This document shows positions 1 through 12,307 of a DNA stretch of 64,000 nucleotides, in pieces. The translations under genes and the position numbers were made by a program. Every line of letters starts with the position of its first letter. Positions within the stretch are counted from its first letter, which is position 1. Source of the DNA: Malacoraja senta (Eukaryota); NCBI GenBank assembly GCA_038087875.1, contig JAXLNO010000169.1, forward strand, positions 1 to 64,000. The letters run 5' to 3'. The notes under the pieces are model-generated. The model was not told where the DNA came from. It searched no databases and worked only from the letters and a program-made list of their open reading frames with translations.

Positions 1-1392
1 CGTGGGATTTCTCTGGGTGCCCCAGTTTCCTCCCACACTCCAAAGACGTACAGATTTGTAGCTTAATTAGCTTCCGTAAATTGTCCTTAGTGTGTACGAT
101 AGAACTAGTGTACGGTTGATCACTGGTCGGCGTGGACTCGGTGGGTTGACAGACCTGTTTCCGTGCTGTATCTCTAGTCTAGTCAATAACACAATAAATG
201 AATGATCAGAAAATACTAGGTTACCAGAACATATAGTGCAAAACCAAAGTCTGTAGTGAAACCAAAGACACGGTCCATTAAAGATCATAAATCCCTTGGA
301 TCTGATGGGATTAATGGCAGGTTATTGAGCGAGGCAAGAGAGTTGGTTTTGGTTTGTGTTTGGCACAGTCACAGTTGGCTAAAGGGCCTGTTCCTGTGCT
401 GTACTGCTCTGCATTCTATAGTTCACCCATCAAAGGTCCAACTAAGGTTCATAAGGTCATAACTCATAGGAGTAGAATTGGCCATTCGGCCCATCAAGTC
501 TACTCCGCCATTCAATCATGACTGATCTATCTCTCCTGCTCAACCACATTCTCCTGGCTTCTCCCCATAATCCCTGACACCCGGTCCAATCAGGAATCTA
601 TCAATCTCCGCCTTAAAGTACCCAATGGCTTGGCCTCCACAGCCGTCTGTGGCAATGAATTCCACAGATTTACCACCCTCTGGCTAAAGAAATTCCTCCT
701 CATCTCTATTCACGTTATAGGAGTAGAATTGGGCCATTCGGCCCATCGAGTCTACTCCGCCATTTAATCATGGCTGATCTCTGCCTCCTAATCCCATTTT
801 CTTGCCTTCTCCCCATAACCATTGACACCCGTTCTAATCAAGAACTTGTCTATCTCTGCCTTAAATATATCCACTGACTTGGCCTCCACAGCCTTCTGTG
901 TCAGAGTTACACAGATTAACTACCCTCTGGCTAAAGAAATTCCTCCTCACCTCCTCTTTAAAAGAGCGCCCTTTAATTCTGAGACTATGACTGGTCCCAG
1001 ACTCTCCCACCAGTGGAAACATCCTTTCCACATCCACTCTGTCTATGCCTTTCATTATTCTGTTAGTTTCAATGATCTCTAATGTGAGGGACGGTAAATG
1101 TTACCCCATCAAATCTCCTTTACACATCGTGCAAGAGGAGTCAAGAGTGTTTAATTGTTATGATTATTGGCAACGGAACAATAAAATTCCTACTTGCTGC
1201 ATCTCAACCGGCCCCTTAACATTAAAGACACAGATGAATATACAATAATCAATTACACTTTCAGTTAATAATCAGTAATTGTCGGTAACCTGAACATTAT
1301 AATGCAAAACTGAAGTCCGTAGCACAACCCAGTCCACAGAAGATCATAGTTGCTGAGCTTAGTTTAGTTTAGTTATAGTGCTTTTTCGTGCT

Positions 1393-1723
1393 AGTTTAGT
1401 TTAGTTTAGTTTAGAGATACAGCACGGAAACAGTCCCTTTAGCCCACCGAGTCCACACCGACCAGCAATCACCCCGTACACTATAACACTATCCTACACA
1501 CTTGGGACAATTTACAATTTTTATTTACTGAAACCAATTACCCAATTACTACACACCTGTACATCTTTGGAGTGTGGGAGGAAAACAAAGCACCCGGAGA
1601 AAACCCACATTGTCACGGGGAGAACGTACAAACTCCGTACAGACAGCACCCGTAGTCAGGATCTATCCCGGGTCTCTGGCGCTGTGAGGTAGCAACCATA
1701 CCGCTGCGCCACCGTGCCGCCCT
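1393..1723 (-). mobile_element. tRNA-derived V-SINE (HE1-like), full length
   Basis: Minus strand reads GGGCGGCACGGTGGCGCAGCGG (A box), then a degenerate B-box region, V-domain-like core and (CTAAA)n tail; paralogue of 56542-56862. Confidence 0.85.
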
Positions 1724-2200
1724 ATGTCTCTGATCTAACCTGTGCTGGTATAATGTTTGCACTGAAACATAAATCTGAAAGGCTATAATCTCACTGCTAA
1801 AATCAAATTAAGCGACTCTGGCAAGTGGAGAATTTCAGCAAAACCCTCATGTTGCCCCAGATGAACAATTCAACATTCTTAACAGGAAATCATTCTTAGA
1901 ACGATAAACCAGTTGCCAGATGGCAGTGTGTACAATGCTTGACTATAAAGCAGTCAAGAACATTCTTGGGATACTTTTTCGTGTATAGCTGGGAAGAAGC
2001 TGTTCCTGAATATGGAGGTGTGTTTTCACACTTCTGTACCTCTTGTCCGATGGGAGAGGGGAGACGAGGGAGTGACTGGGGTGTGAGACTGGTCCTTTTT
2101 TTGTTTAGGAACTGCGGATGCCGGTTTAAACCGAAGATAGACACAAAATGCTGGAGTAACTCAGTGGGACAGGCAGAATCTCTAGAGAGAATGAATGGGT

Positions 2201-2228
2201 GACGTTTCGGGTCGAGACCCTTCTTCAG
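2201..2228 (-). ncRNA. Minimal type I hammerhead ribozyme core in a Penelope-like repeat
   Basis: Minus strand CUGAAGA-A-GGGUCUCGACCC-GAAA-CGUC: CUGANGA box, stem II, GAAA box, palindromic ACGU stem III, GUC cleavage triplet. Confidence 0.7.
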
Positions 2229-2417
2229 ACTGATTGTTGGGGGGAGCCAATATTGACTATTTTATTTTATCTGTGTGTTATTGAGTTTTTATGGGCTTGT
2301 TAAGCTGCAGCTAGTAATAATTTAATTGTACAGTTGACAATTATACCCTCGACTCTAGACCTGATGATGGTGTTTATTTTGTAGTGCTGACTGGCTGGAA
2401 TGTTATTTTTTCAGCTA

Positions 2418-3404
2418 TCTATATAATTAAATGTCTCATCTTGACTCTTCCTGTCTGCGCTGTATATTGATTTTAGAAAAAACGCTACCCTGTATCGCTG
2501 TGATTTTTGGCCATCTTACTCACCGTCCTCCGCTGAGCCAGCCCCGAGGATTTTTCCCATCGATGAAAAAAAAAGTTATGAGTGTTTAAAAAACCTTGAG
2601 ATCAGCTGATTGGTTCTATCTTCTGTCAATCACCACGATGAATGTAATTCCCCGTCCGGGGGGGGGGGGGGGGGCAGGACTATAAAACCCCGGATGCCTG
2701 GAAGTGAGTCAGTCACTCCGCAAGATCGTGAGGGAGAGGCCATTGTCATTCTAAGCTGTGAATCAACTGAACTGTGAGTCTTCAATGTACTTTTTACACA
2801 GAGAGTGGTGAATCTGTGGAATTCTCTGCCACAGAAGGTAGTTGAGGCCAGTTCATTGGCTATATTTAAGAGGGAGTTAGATGTGGCCCTTGTGGCTAAA
2901 GGGATCAGGGGGTATGGAGAGAAGGCAGGGATGGGATACTGAGTTGGATGATCAGCCATGATCATATCGAATGACGGTGCAGGCTCGAAGGGCCGAATGG
3001 CCTACTCCTGCACCTATTTTTTATGTTACTTGCAATAAATTATTTGTTAGCCCTTAATGACAATGCCATGAGTTGTATTGTCTGCTGCCCTGCCTGTGCT
3101 TGAAAGTGCAATGCTTAATTGGAAATTAAATGAAATGAAATGACAATGCCATGAGTTGTTTGGCCTGCTGCCCTGCCTGTGCTTGAAACTGCAATGCTTT
3201 ATTAGGTCCAACTGTGTTTGGAAGGAATAAATGCTTAATTAGGCCCGACTGTGTTTGGAAGGATTAAATGCTTTATTAGGTCCGACTGTGTTTGGAAGGA
3301 ATAAATGCTTTATTAGGTCCGACTGTGTTTGGAAGGAATAAATGCTTTATTAGGTCCGACTGTGTTTAGTCCAAAGGTTCCCCAATAGGTCTCAATTAGT
3401 CTAA
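2418..3404 (+). mobile_element. Non-autonomous Helitron
   Basis: Starts TC and ends CTAA (CTRR); inserted between A and T with no TSD. The empty site TCAGCTA|TATATAAATAA is seen exactly in the paralogous arm (55411-55428, reverse complement). Contains a CR1 3' fragment (about 2791-3027). Confidence 0.85.
3196..3368 (+). repeat. About 37-bp tandem repeat (about 4.5 copies) inside the Helitron
   Basis: Unit ATTAGGTCCGACTGTGTTTGGAAGGAATAAATGCTTT is repeated. Confidence 0.9.
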
Positions 3405-3866
3405 TATATAAATAAAGCAAATTGTCTGCATTTTTAGCATGGAATTACCTTGGCTCTTTGTGCTCCTGGTTTATCATCGTGTTCTTTGAACTTCTTCAAA
3501 TATACGGCATTCTGTACAGGAGATTCAATACTTCAAGCCGTCCGAATCAAATCAAATGAACCCCCTGTTTTAAAGATCATATTATACTTTAGAGTTTACT
3601 TTTGAGATACAGCGTGGAAACAGGCCCTTCGTCCCACTGAGTCCGCGCCGGCCAGTGACCCACCCGTACATTAGCACTATCCTACGCACATAATGGACAA
3701 TTTAAATTTCTAAAAAGCCAATTAAGCTACAAACCTGTACGTCTTTGTAGTGTGGGAAGAAACCGGAGTTCTCGGAGAAAACCCATGCAGGTCATGGGGA
3801 GAATGTACAAACTCCGTACAGACAGTACCCATGGTCAGGATCGAACCCGGATCTCTGGCGCTGTAA

Positions 3867-4404
3867 AGGGGCTGTCCCACTGCGGCGACCTAATCCCCGA
3901 GTTCAGACAAGTTTGCCCTCGACTCATATTCGCAGCATGGTCAACACGAGGTCCTAGGAGGTCTTTGTAACTCTCCTTCATGCTCGAGAGTAGCCCCACC
4001 GTACTCGAGGCCTCAGCTAGGTCGGGGCATATTTTTCAACGAGTAAAAAAGGGTTGCCATGGAAAAAATTGCTACTTTTTTTACTCGTAGGTTTAGTCGA
4101 AGTAGGTGGTAGTAGGTCGGCATGTTATTCGTAGGTAATCAAGGGTAGTCGAAGGTAATCGAAAGTAGTCGAAGGTAGTCGTAGATAGTCTTCAACATTG
4201 TCAAAGGGAGGTCGAAGGGAGGTCGAAGTAGATCGAAGGAGGTCGTCTTCACTCTCCACTACTCGGTGTCCAATTTTCCCGAAGCTAGACATTGTCGAAG
4301 GAGGTCGAAGGAGGTCTTCTAGATAGTCGAAGGAGGTCTTCAACATGACATTTTTTTCAAACTCTCCTGAACTCTTCTTAACTCGCCGCAGTGGGACAGC
4401 CCTT
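3867..4404. mobile_element. PIF/Harbinger-type MITE inserted in a SINE
   Basis: TIRs AGGGGCTGTCCCACTGCGGCGA / TCGCCGCAGTGGGACAGCCCTT; TAA target duplication (3864-3866, 4405-4407); absent from the paralogous SINE near 55010; internal degenerate GTCGAAGG 10-mer repeats. Confidence 0.88.
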
Positions 4405-5259
4405 TAAGGCAGCAGCTCTACTGCTGCGCCACCATGCCATTTCATTGTATTCAATTGCAGTACCTGGTGCCACCAGGTAAACACCTCTTACCTGTCGGTG
4501 ATTCCAGCCCAGTTGCTCCTTCCATTGCCACACTTGAGTCTCCCACATAAAATCAGAATGGATTCATTGGTGATAATTTATCATTTCCAATAGTACGTCC
4601 ATTTCCCCCCAATTCTTCAGGGTGTTTGAAGACGGATTTTGACCCGAAAGGGTGGTGAATCTGTGCAATTCATTGCCACAGAAGGCTGTGGAGGCCAAGT
4701 GAATGGATATTTGTAAGCAGAGATTGACAGATTCTTGATTAGTACGGGTGTCAGGGGTTATGGGGAGAAGGCAGGAGAATGGGGTTGAGAGGAAAAGATA
4801 GATCAGCCATGATTGAATGGTGGAGTAGACCTGGTGGGCTGAATGGCCTAATTCTGCTCCTGTCACATGAACATGTGGCCATTGCTGCAAGAGGTGTTCT
4901 TTCTAGCCCTGGGCTTGAGCAAGTAGAGTCCGTATGTTGAGGAGATCACTGCGTCATCTGTCCATTCCCTCCACAGTTGCCGCCCGATCTGTTGAGTTCC
5001 TCCAGGTTTTACTCAAGATTCCAGAATCTGCAGTTGCCTGTCTGTCTATTTAGCAGGCAGACATTATCAATGCTTAGTTTAATAAGCTTTTCTATTAAAA
5101 ACTCACCTGAGTTTAAGCTGGAAAGCGAGCAGAAAAGATTTACCAGGATGTCAGACACAAAAAGCTGGAGTAACTTAGCAGGGCAGGGGAGAAGGAATGG
5201 GTGACATTTTGGGCCGTGACCCTTCTTCAGATCGAAGAAAGGTCTTGACCTGAAACAGG

Positions 5260-5800
5260 CCCTTCCGCCCAACTTGCCCATATTGGCAACATGTCCCAAC
5301 TACACTAGTCCCACCTGCCTGCGTTTGGTCCATATCCCTCCAAACCTGTTCTATCAAGGTGCTGGTCAAACTGTTTCTGAAATGTTGGGATAGTCCCTGC
5401 CTCAACTACCTCCTCTGGCAGCTTGTTCCATACACCCACCATTCTTTGTGTGAAAAGGTTTAAACCTTCACCTTTAGCCTATGTCCTCTGGTCTTCGATT
5501 CCCCTACTCTGGGCAAGAGACTACCTGCATCTACCCGATCTATTCCTCTCATAATTTTATACATCTCAATAAGATCACCCCTCATCCTCCTGTGCTCCAA
5601 GGAATAGAGTCCCAGCATACTCAACCTCTCCTTATAGCTCAGACCTTCGATGCCTGGCAACATCCTCGTAAATCTCTGCACCCTTTCCAGTTTGACAACA
5701 TCTTTTCCATAACATGGTGCTCAGAACTGAACACATACTCTAAATGCGGCTTCACCAACGTCTTATACAATTGCAACATGACCTCCCGACTTCTATACTC
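5260..5800 (-). mobile_element. CR1/HER1 LINE 3' fragment
   Basis: Translation QRFTRMLPGIEGLSYKERLSMLGLYSLEHRRMRGDLIE is the CR1 ORF2 C-terminus. Confidence 0.85.
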
Positions 5801-5974
5801 AACCTACCAACTTCTACACTCCCAACTTCAATTAACTATATTGAAGTTAATTGGCTTCTGCCAACAAGGCAGTGAGGTGCACAACATTTACACACCTGCA
5901 TAGACACGTCTCACAATCTGCACATTTGATTTTACCACCCAGCCTTTAAAAACTTTTACTTTACTTAGACTTTG

Positions 5975-6895
5975 GAAATACAGGGCAAGATTAGCAAGTT
6001 TGCTGATGATACAAAAGTTAGTGGTTTTGCAGATAGTGAAGATGGTTGTGAACGATTGCCCAGGTGGGCGGAAGAATGGTTGATGGAATTTAATATAGAG
6101 AAGTGTGAGGTGTTGCATTTTGGGACGTCGAACAAGGGCAGGACCTACACAGTAAATGGTAGGCCTCTGGGTAGTGTTGTAGAGCAGAGGGATCTAAGAG
6201 TGCAGGTGCATGGTTCCTTGAAGGTCGAGTAGCAGGTAGATAAGGTGGTCAAAAAGGCTTTTGGCACTTTGGCCTTCATCAGTCAGAGTATTGAGTATAG
6301 AAGTTGGGAGGTCATGTTGCAGTTGTATAAGACGTTGGTGAGACCGCATTTAGAATATTGTATTCAATTCTGGACACCATGTTATAGGAAATATATTGTC
6401 AAGCTTGAAAGGGTTCAGAAAAGATTTATGAGGATGTTGCCAGGACTAGCAATAAGGAGAGGTTGAGTAGGCTGGGTCTCTATTCCATGGAGCGCAGGAG
6501 GATGAGCGGAGAACTTAAAGAGGTATACAAAATCATGAGAGGAATAGATCGGGTAGATGCACAGAGTCTTTTGCCCAGAGTAGGGGAATCAACGACCAGA
6601 GGACATAGGTTCATGGTGAAAGGGGAAAAGATTTAATAGGAATCCGAGGGGTAACATTTTCACACAAAGGGTCGTGGGTGTATGGAACAAGCTGCCAGAG
6701 AAGGTAGTTGAGGCTGGGACTATGGAATTGTTTAAGAAACAGTTCGACAGGTTCATGGACAGGACAGGTTTGGAGGGATATGGACCAAGTGCAGGCAAGT
6801 GGGACTAGTGTAGCTGGGACATTGGTGGCCGGTGTGGGCGATTTGGGCCGAAGGGCCTGTTTCCACACTGTATCACTCTATGACACTATGACTCT
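5975..6895 (+). mobile_element. CR1/HER1 LINE, 5'-truncated and disrupted
   Basis: SKFADDTK RT motif and LYKTLVRPHLEYC; stops and frameshifts; short microsatellite tail. Confidence 0.88.
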
Positions 6896-7189
6896 AACAA
6901 TGGGGACCCGGCATGGGGGGACCGCCATGAGGGACTGTGGAAGAACAAAGGGGGACGCGTTGTGGGGGGGAGGGGGGGGGCACTCTAGTTTAGAATCCTC
7001 TGCCCTGGGGATAAGTCTGCGTTCGTTTGGTTGGTTGTTCGTTCGTTCCGGTGCACACGGCAGCCAGCCAACAGTCGCCTGTCTTTTTCTTTTTGTTTTC
7101 ACTTTTCACTTTTTCTCCTTTAATTCAATTTTAATTTCAAGTTTTCGTGTAACTGTTGTGCGTTGTGACTGTCGGCAGACCAATTGCCC

Positions 7190-7730
7190 ACCAGGTCCGC
7201 GCCGACCAGTTATCCCTGTACACTAGCACTACCCTACACACACGGGGGACAATTTACAATTTTTACCGAAGCCAATTAACCTACAAACATGTACGTCTTT
7301 GGAATGTGGGGGGTTATCAGAGCACCCAGAGAAAACAGGGAGAACGTACAAACTCCGTACAGACAGCAGCCGGGGTCAGGATCGAACCCGTGTCTCTGGT
7401 GCTGTGAGGCAGCAACTCTACCTCTGCGCCACCGTGCCGCCCATACAGCATGGATAACGTCCGATACAGTATGGAAACAGGCCTTTCGGCCGAACAAATC
7501 CATGCCAACTATTAATCACCTGTACACACGCTGGTGGAGCTGCTGCCTCACATCACCAGTGACCTCCCATCTACCTCATGGGAGACCATCGGACTATCTG
7601 TAATCGGATTTTATCTTGAACTAAATGTTATTCCCTTTATCCTGTATCTGCACTGTGGACGGCTGGAATGTAATCATGTATTGTCTTTCTGCTGACTGGA
7701 TACAATGCCAAAAAAATACTTTTTGCATCT
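7190..7730. repeat. Middle left arm of the inverted duplication (partner about 29040-29575)
   Basis: Same chimeric order of SINE, SINE fragment and LINE tail with shared junctions, e.g. CACCTGTACACACGCTGGTGGAGCTGCTGCCTCACATCA vs its reverse complement near 29205-29243. Confidence 0.85.
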
Positions 7731-9375
7731 CTAAACTAAACACGTTGTGAAACCAGCTTTCCCTTTCATGTGCGAGTGTGCTACCAGACACACACAAAGC
7801 CACCAATATCTTCTTAACGTCATCCCAAGACTGGCATTGACAAATAGATCAACCTATTTAGAAAAAGTACACAATTTAAACTCCTTCATGGGGCATTCTG
7901 CTACCAATTAATGTCACTCCCAATACCGACGTGAAATTAATTATCCCACTCATTCCGCACTCACACAAATATGGACTCAAAATGTAATTGCTTTAATTCT
8001 CTAAAATTTGCTGCTTTCATATTAATATATTACAAATGCAGGCAGATCTAATTGTACGTGAGTTTAAAAATTAAATTTAGGCTCTGCAGGGAAAGCATTG
8101 ACTACAAAGTGACAAGGACTATAAAGCTAGATGGAGAACAGCTCATTGGAATTTAATCTTATAAACTCTCCACTCTTTTGAGATGATGACGTGCGATGTG
8201 TTCCATTATCACAAGCTCAAAGGTGGGACATCTTCACTAATGTCCACAGTTTAATTTAGTTTAGTTTAGTTTAGAGATGCAGCGCAGAAACAAGCCCTTT
8301 GGCCCACCGAGTCCGCGCCGACCAGTGATCCCCGCACATTAACACACACACTAGGGACAATTTACACTTATGGGAGGGAGAGATAGATCAGCCATGCTTG
8401 AATGGCGGAGTAGACTTGATGGGGCTGAATGGCCTAATTCTGCTCCTATCACTTATGACCTTCAAACCTGTACATCTTTGAAGTGTTGGAGGAAACTGGA
8501 GCACCCTGAGAAATCTCACACAGGTCACGGGGATAACGTGCAAACTCCGTACAGACAGCACCCGTAGTCAGGATCGAGCCAGGGTCTCTGGCATTGAGGC
8601 AGCAACTCAACCGCTGCGCCACCGTGCCGCTCGATGTTTTGTTGCTCTATTATTTTTATTTAAATAGATGGTGTGCAAAGGGAATGCTCCCAGTGTTCAG
8701 AGAATATAATCATGAGAGGGGAAACATGTCAGGTTCAAGTCATTTGATTGTTTATTATTGTCATAAGGTCATAACTTATAGGAGCAGAATTAGTCCACTC
8801 GGCCCATCAAGTCTACACCGCCATTCAATCATGGCAGATCTATCTCTCCCTCCTAACCCCATTCTCCTGCCTCACCCCATAACCCCTGACACGTGTACTA
8901 ATCAAGAATCTGTCTTAAAAACTGCCTAAAAAATAACCATTGACGTCCTCCACAGCCGTCTTTGGCAAAGAATTCCACGGATTCACCACCCTCTAACTAA
9001 AGAAATTTCTCCTAATCTCCTTCCTAAAAGAACATCCTTTAATTCCCAAGACGTACAGATTTGTAGGCAAATCGGCTTGGTAAAATTGTAAATTGCCCCG
9101 AGTGTGTGTAGGATAGTGTTAATGTGTGGTAAACTCTCAAAGTCTTAAAGTATTTTTGCACCGTTTCTATTTCGCATATTTATTATCTCCAAACTAAACA
9201 AAAAAAAACACTAAATAAATTATCCAGGAGAGAATGGAAGAAATCTGACACGGTCCATTTAAACCCAAATGTAGATTGAAGTTTAGATCCCTGAAAAACA
9301 ATCGCTGGGATTCCTCTGTAAAAAAGAGCGAGATGAGACTGAAAATAGCAGCCAGCACTGAGTGAATACTGAATA

Positions 9376-9600
9376 TAGACACAAAATGCTGGGGTAACTC
9401 AGCGGGTCAGGCAGCATCTCTGGAGCACATGGATAGGTGACGTTTCACAGAGTGCTGGAGTAACTCAGCGGGTCAGGCAGCATCTCTGGAGCACATGGAT
9501 AGGTGACGTTTCACAGAGTGCTGGAGTAACTCAGCGGGTCAGGCAGCATCTCTGGAGGGAAGGAATGGGTGACGTTTTAGGTCGTGACCCTTCTTCACAG
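9376..9600. repeat. 66-bp tandem repeat (about 3 units) of the Penelope-like hammerhead repeat
   Basis: Unit AGTGCTGGAGTAACTCAGCGGGTCAGGCAGCATCTCTGGAGCACATGGATAGGTGACGTTTCACAG starts at 9451 and 9517; same architecture at 44070-44255. Confidence 0.9.
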
Positions 9601-9629
9601 GCTGATAAAATATCTTTCATTAATTTGTT

Positions 9630-10782
9630 CTATATCTCTCGTATCCCTCTCCCCTAACTCTCAGTCTGAAGAAGGGTCTCGACCCAAAACGTCACCCATT
9701 CCTATTATCCAGAGATGCTGTCTGACCCGCTGAATTACTCCAGCTTTTTGTATCATTCTCCAATAAATTACAGGCTGGGAAAATTCTTTTGAAATGATAG
9801 ACACTTGGACGTATCTCATCTGAAACTATCAAACTAATGCTCATGGCATGTTGGCGTCCATAACAAGAGGAGTTGAGTATAGTTGCAAGGAGGTCCTTCT
9901 GCAGTTGTACAGCGCCCTAGTGAGACCACACCTGTGTGCAATTTTGGTCTCCAAATTTGAGGAAGGACATTCTTGCTATTGAGGGAGTGCAGTGTAGGTT
10001 AACAAGGTTAATTCCCGGGATGGCGGGACTGTCATATGTTGATAGAATGGAGCGGCTGGGCTTGTATACATTCGAATTTAGGATGAGAGGAGATCTTATT
10101 GAAACATATAAGATTATTAAGGAATTGGACACGCTAGAGGCAGGAAACGTGTTCCCAATGTTGGGAAAGTCCAGAACCAGGGGCCACACTTTAAGAATAA
10201 GGGGTAGGCCATTTAGAACAGAGATCTCTCGTTTATATCTCTTGTTTCCCTCATCCCCTAACTAGTCTGAAAAAGGATGTCGACCCGAAACGTCACACAT
10301 TCCTTCTCTCCAGAGATGCTGCCTGTCCCGCTGACTTACTCCAACATTTTGTGTCTATCTTCTGTTTAAACAAGCATCTGCAGTTCCTTCCTACACCCTA
10401 ACTTAATCAGTCCAGAGCAGAAGCAGAGCAGAGCAGAAACGCAGCCTATCCATGTTCTCCACAGATGTTGCCTTACCCGTTGAGTTCCTTCAGCACTTTG
10501 TGTTCTGCACAAGATTCCAGCATCTGCAGTTCCTTGTGTCTTGAACGCAGTCTCACGTTGACACCTGCTGGCCAGTTTGACAGCAGACTTCTCATTTTGA
10601 CCTCTCCTCATTCAGATGTGCACAGAAAGTCCTTGCCAATGTGATCAAACCACTCTACTGCCTCACCACCTCAGCTGTCTTTAAGTTACCTGCACATTGG
10701 CACAGTCGGGCAGCATGGTGCCGCAGCGGTAGAGTTGCTGCTTCACAGCGCTAGAGACCCGGGTTCCATCCTGACCACGGGT
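9630..10782. repeat. Inner left arm of the inverted duplication (partner about 19215-20483)
   Basis: 10540-10705 non-repeat DNA matches 19290-19460 in reverse complement; 9750-9805 matches 20312-20375; the SINE heads share diagnostic substitutions. Confidence 0.92.
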
Positions 10783-10810
10783 GCTGCCTGTACGTAGTTT
10801 GTACGTTCTC

Positions 10811-11297
10811 TCAAGATTCAAGAGAGTTTATTGTCATGTGTCCCAGATAGGACAATGAAATTCTTGCTTTGCTTTAGCACAACAGCATATTGTGGGCATA
10901 AATAAATACAGAACAGATCAGTGTGTCCATATACCATTGAATATATATATACACACATAAATAAGCATATAAAGTGCAATAGGCTATTAAAGTTCAGATT
11001 TTTGTTTGAGTTGAGTTTAATGAGATGCTGCCAGCCTTTTTGAGGCAGTGACTGTGATAGATTCCCTCGATGGTAGGGAGGTCAGAGCCGATGATGGACT
11101 GGGCAGTGTTTACAACTTTTTGCAGTCTTTTCCGCTCCTGGGCGCTCAAGTTGCTGAACCAAGCCACGATGCAACCGGTCAGCATGCTCTCTACTGTGCA
11201 TCTGTAGAAGTTCGAGAGAGTCCTCCTTGAACTACCGACTCTCCGTAATCTTCCCAGGAAGTAGAGGCGCTGATGTGCTTTCTTTATAATTGCATCA
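10811..11297 (-). mobile_element. Rex1/Babar LINE 3' part (continues at 18441-18723)
   Basis: DAIIKKAHQRLYFLGRLRR... matches the 48354-49934 RT. The sequence AATTGCATCA|GTGTTC is split by a 7.1-kb nested insert with ATCA duplicated. Confidence 0.88.
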
Positions 11298-12156
11298 TGC
11301 ATCTGTGAGACGGAGTGCGGCGGCGCGGATTACTGCAGCGGCCCCTACAGCCCGTCTGTCTTTTTTAAATTTTTCTCTAGTTAAATGTAGTTGTTTGTGG
11401 GTTTTTTTGTATTGTTTTAATTGTGTATATGTGGGGGGGGGGAGGGGGAAACTTTTAAAAAATCTCTTCCCTGCACGGGAGACCCGACCTTTTCCCTGTC
11501 GGGTCTCCGTTGTCGTTGGGGCCTAGCTCCGTGGAGCGGCCTCCGACCGGGACAACCTGGGGGCTCCAGTCGCGGAGCCTGTGGAGCTGCGGACTTACCA
11601 TCGTGGGGCTGGCCGTCCTCGGAGCGCGGGGAGCGGTGGTGACTCGTTGCTGCTCACTCCGGAGCTCCAGCTGCAGCTGCAGACCCGTGGACTGGGACAT
11701 CGGGAGCTCGCGGGTCCGGGTGAGAGACCGCTTTCCGGAGCTCCCGCAACGCAACTTCTCCAGCTCGAGTCGCGGGGTTGGAACGACCCGGAGCGGGGCC
11801 GTAAATCGCCCGGCTCGGCTTTAATGTTAAAGCCGCGGGACATTCCAGCGCCCGCCGGGGGCTCCAACTTGTGACTTTGGGCCCGGAGCGAAGCTGTATA
11901 CCGCCCGGCGCGGCCTCAACGGCCGTGGGACTTAACATTGCCCACCTGGGGCTTCAACATCGGGAGAAAAATGGTGCAGGGGAGAGAAATGACTTTGCCA
12001 TCCATCACAGTGAGGAGGAGATTCACTGTGATGGATGTTTTTCTGTAAATTGAATTGTTTGTGTGTCGTGTAGGAATTGTTTTGTTTATATAGCTGTGGA
12101 AACGGAGTTTTGTTTGAGCCTCTTTGAGGTTCAAATGACAAGAAATAAAATAAAAA
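11298..12156 (+). mobile_element. GC-rich non-autonomous retroposon (unclassified) with an A-rich tail
   Basis: CpG-rich body; 3' end (CCATCACAGTGAGG...TATAGCTGT...ATGACAAGAAATAAA) is homologous to the minus-strand element at about 28190-28870; flanked by ATCA duplication once the L1 is removed. Confidence 0.7.
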
Positions 12157-12307
12157 GAGACTTCCGGTAGCGTCATGGAACATTGAGGACGCTGCAGTGA
12201 GCTTCACTCCCGTAAAAATTATCAAAAAGCCGTTTTAAAGTTAAAAATAACTCAACGGAGCTGCTTGGTTTGCATAACGAAAACATCATTAGATAACGGA
12301 CTTTTAA

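Larger units (their letters stand above)
1..4696. repeat. Outer left arm of a large inverted segmental duplication (partner about 54470-57983)
   Basis: Non-repeat stretches and repeat junctions match in reverse complement: 180-300 vs 57700-57820, 1741-1980 vs 56290-56525, 3405-3540 vs 55300-55425, 4440-4696 vs 54470-54980. Confidence 0.93.

Noticed and set aside
3196..3368. 37-bp repeats resembling a CRISPR array
   Set aside because: Head-to-tail with no unique spacers, no cas genes, and inside a eukaryotic Helitron.
5975..6895. CR1 as part of the inverted duplication with 52525-53655
   Set aside because: Same subfamily and fitting position, but the flanks differ on both sides, so paralogy cannot be shown.
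11290..12053. Overlapping ORFs and CpG-island-like promoter
   Set aside because: A by-product of high GC inside an inserted repeat; no coding motifs.
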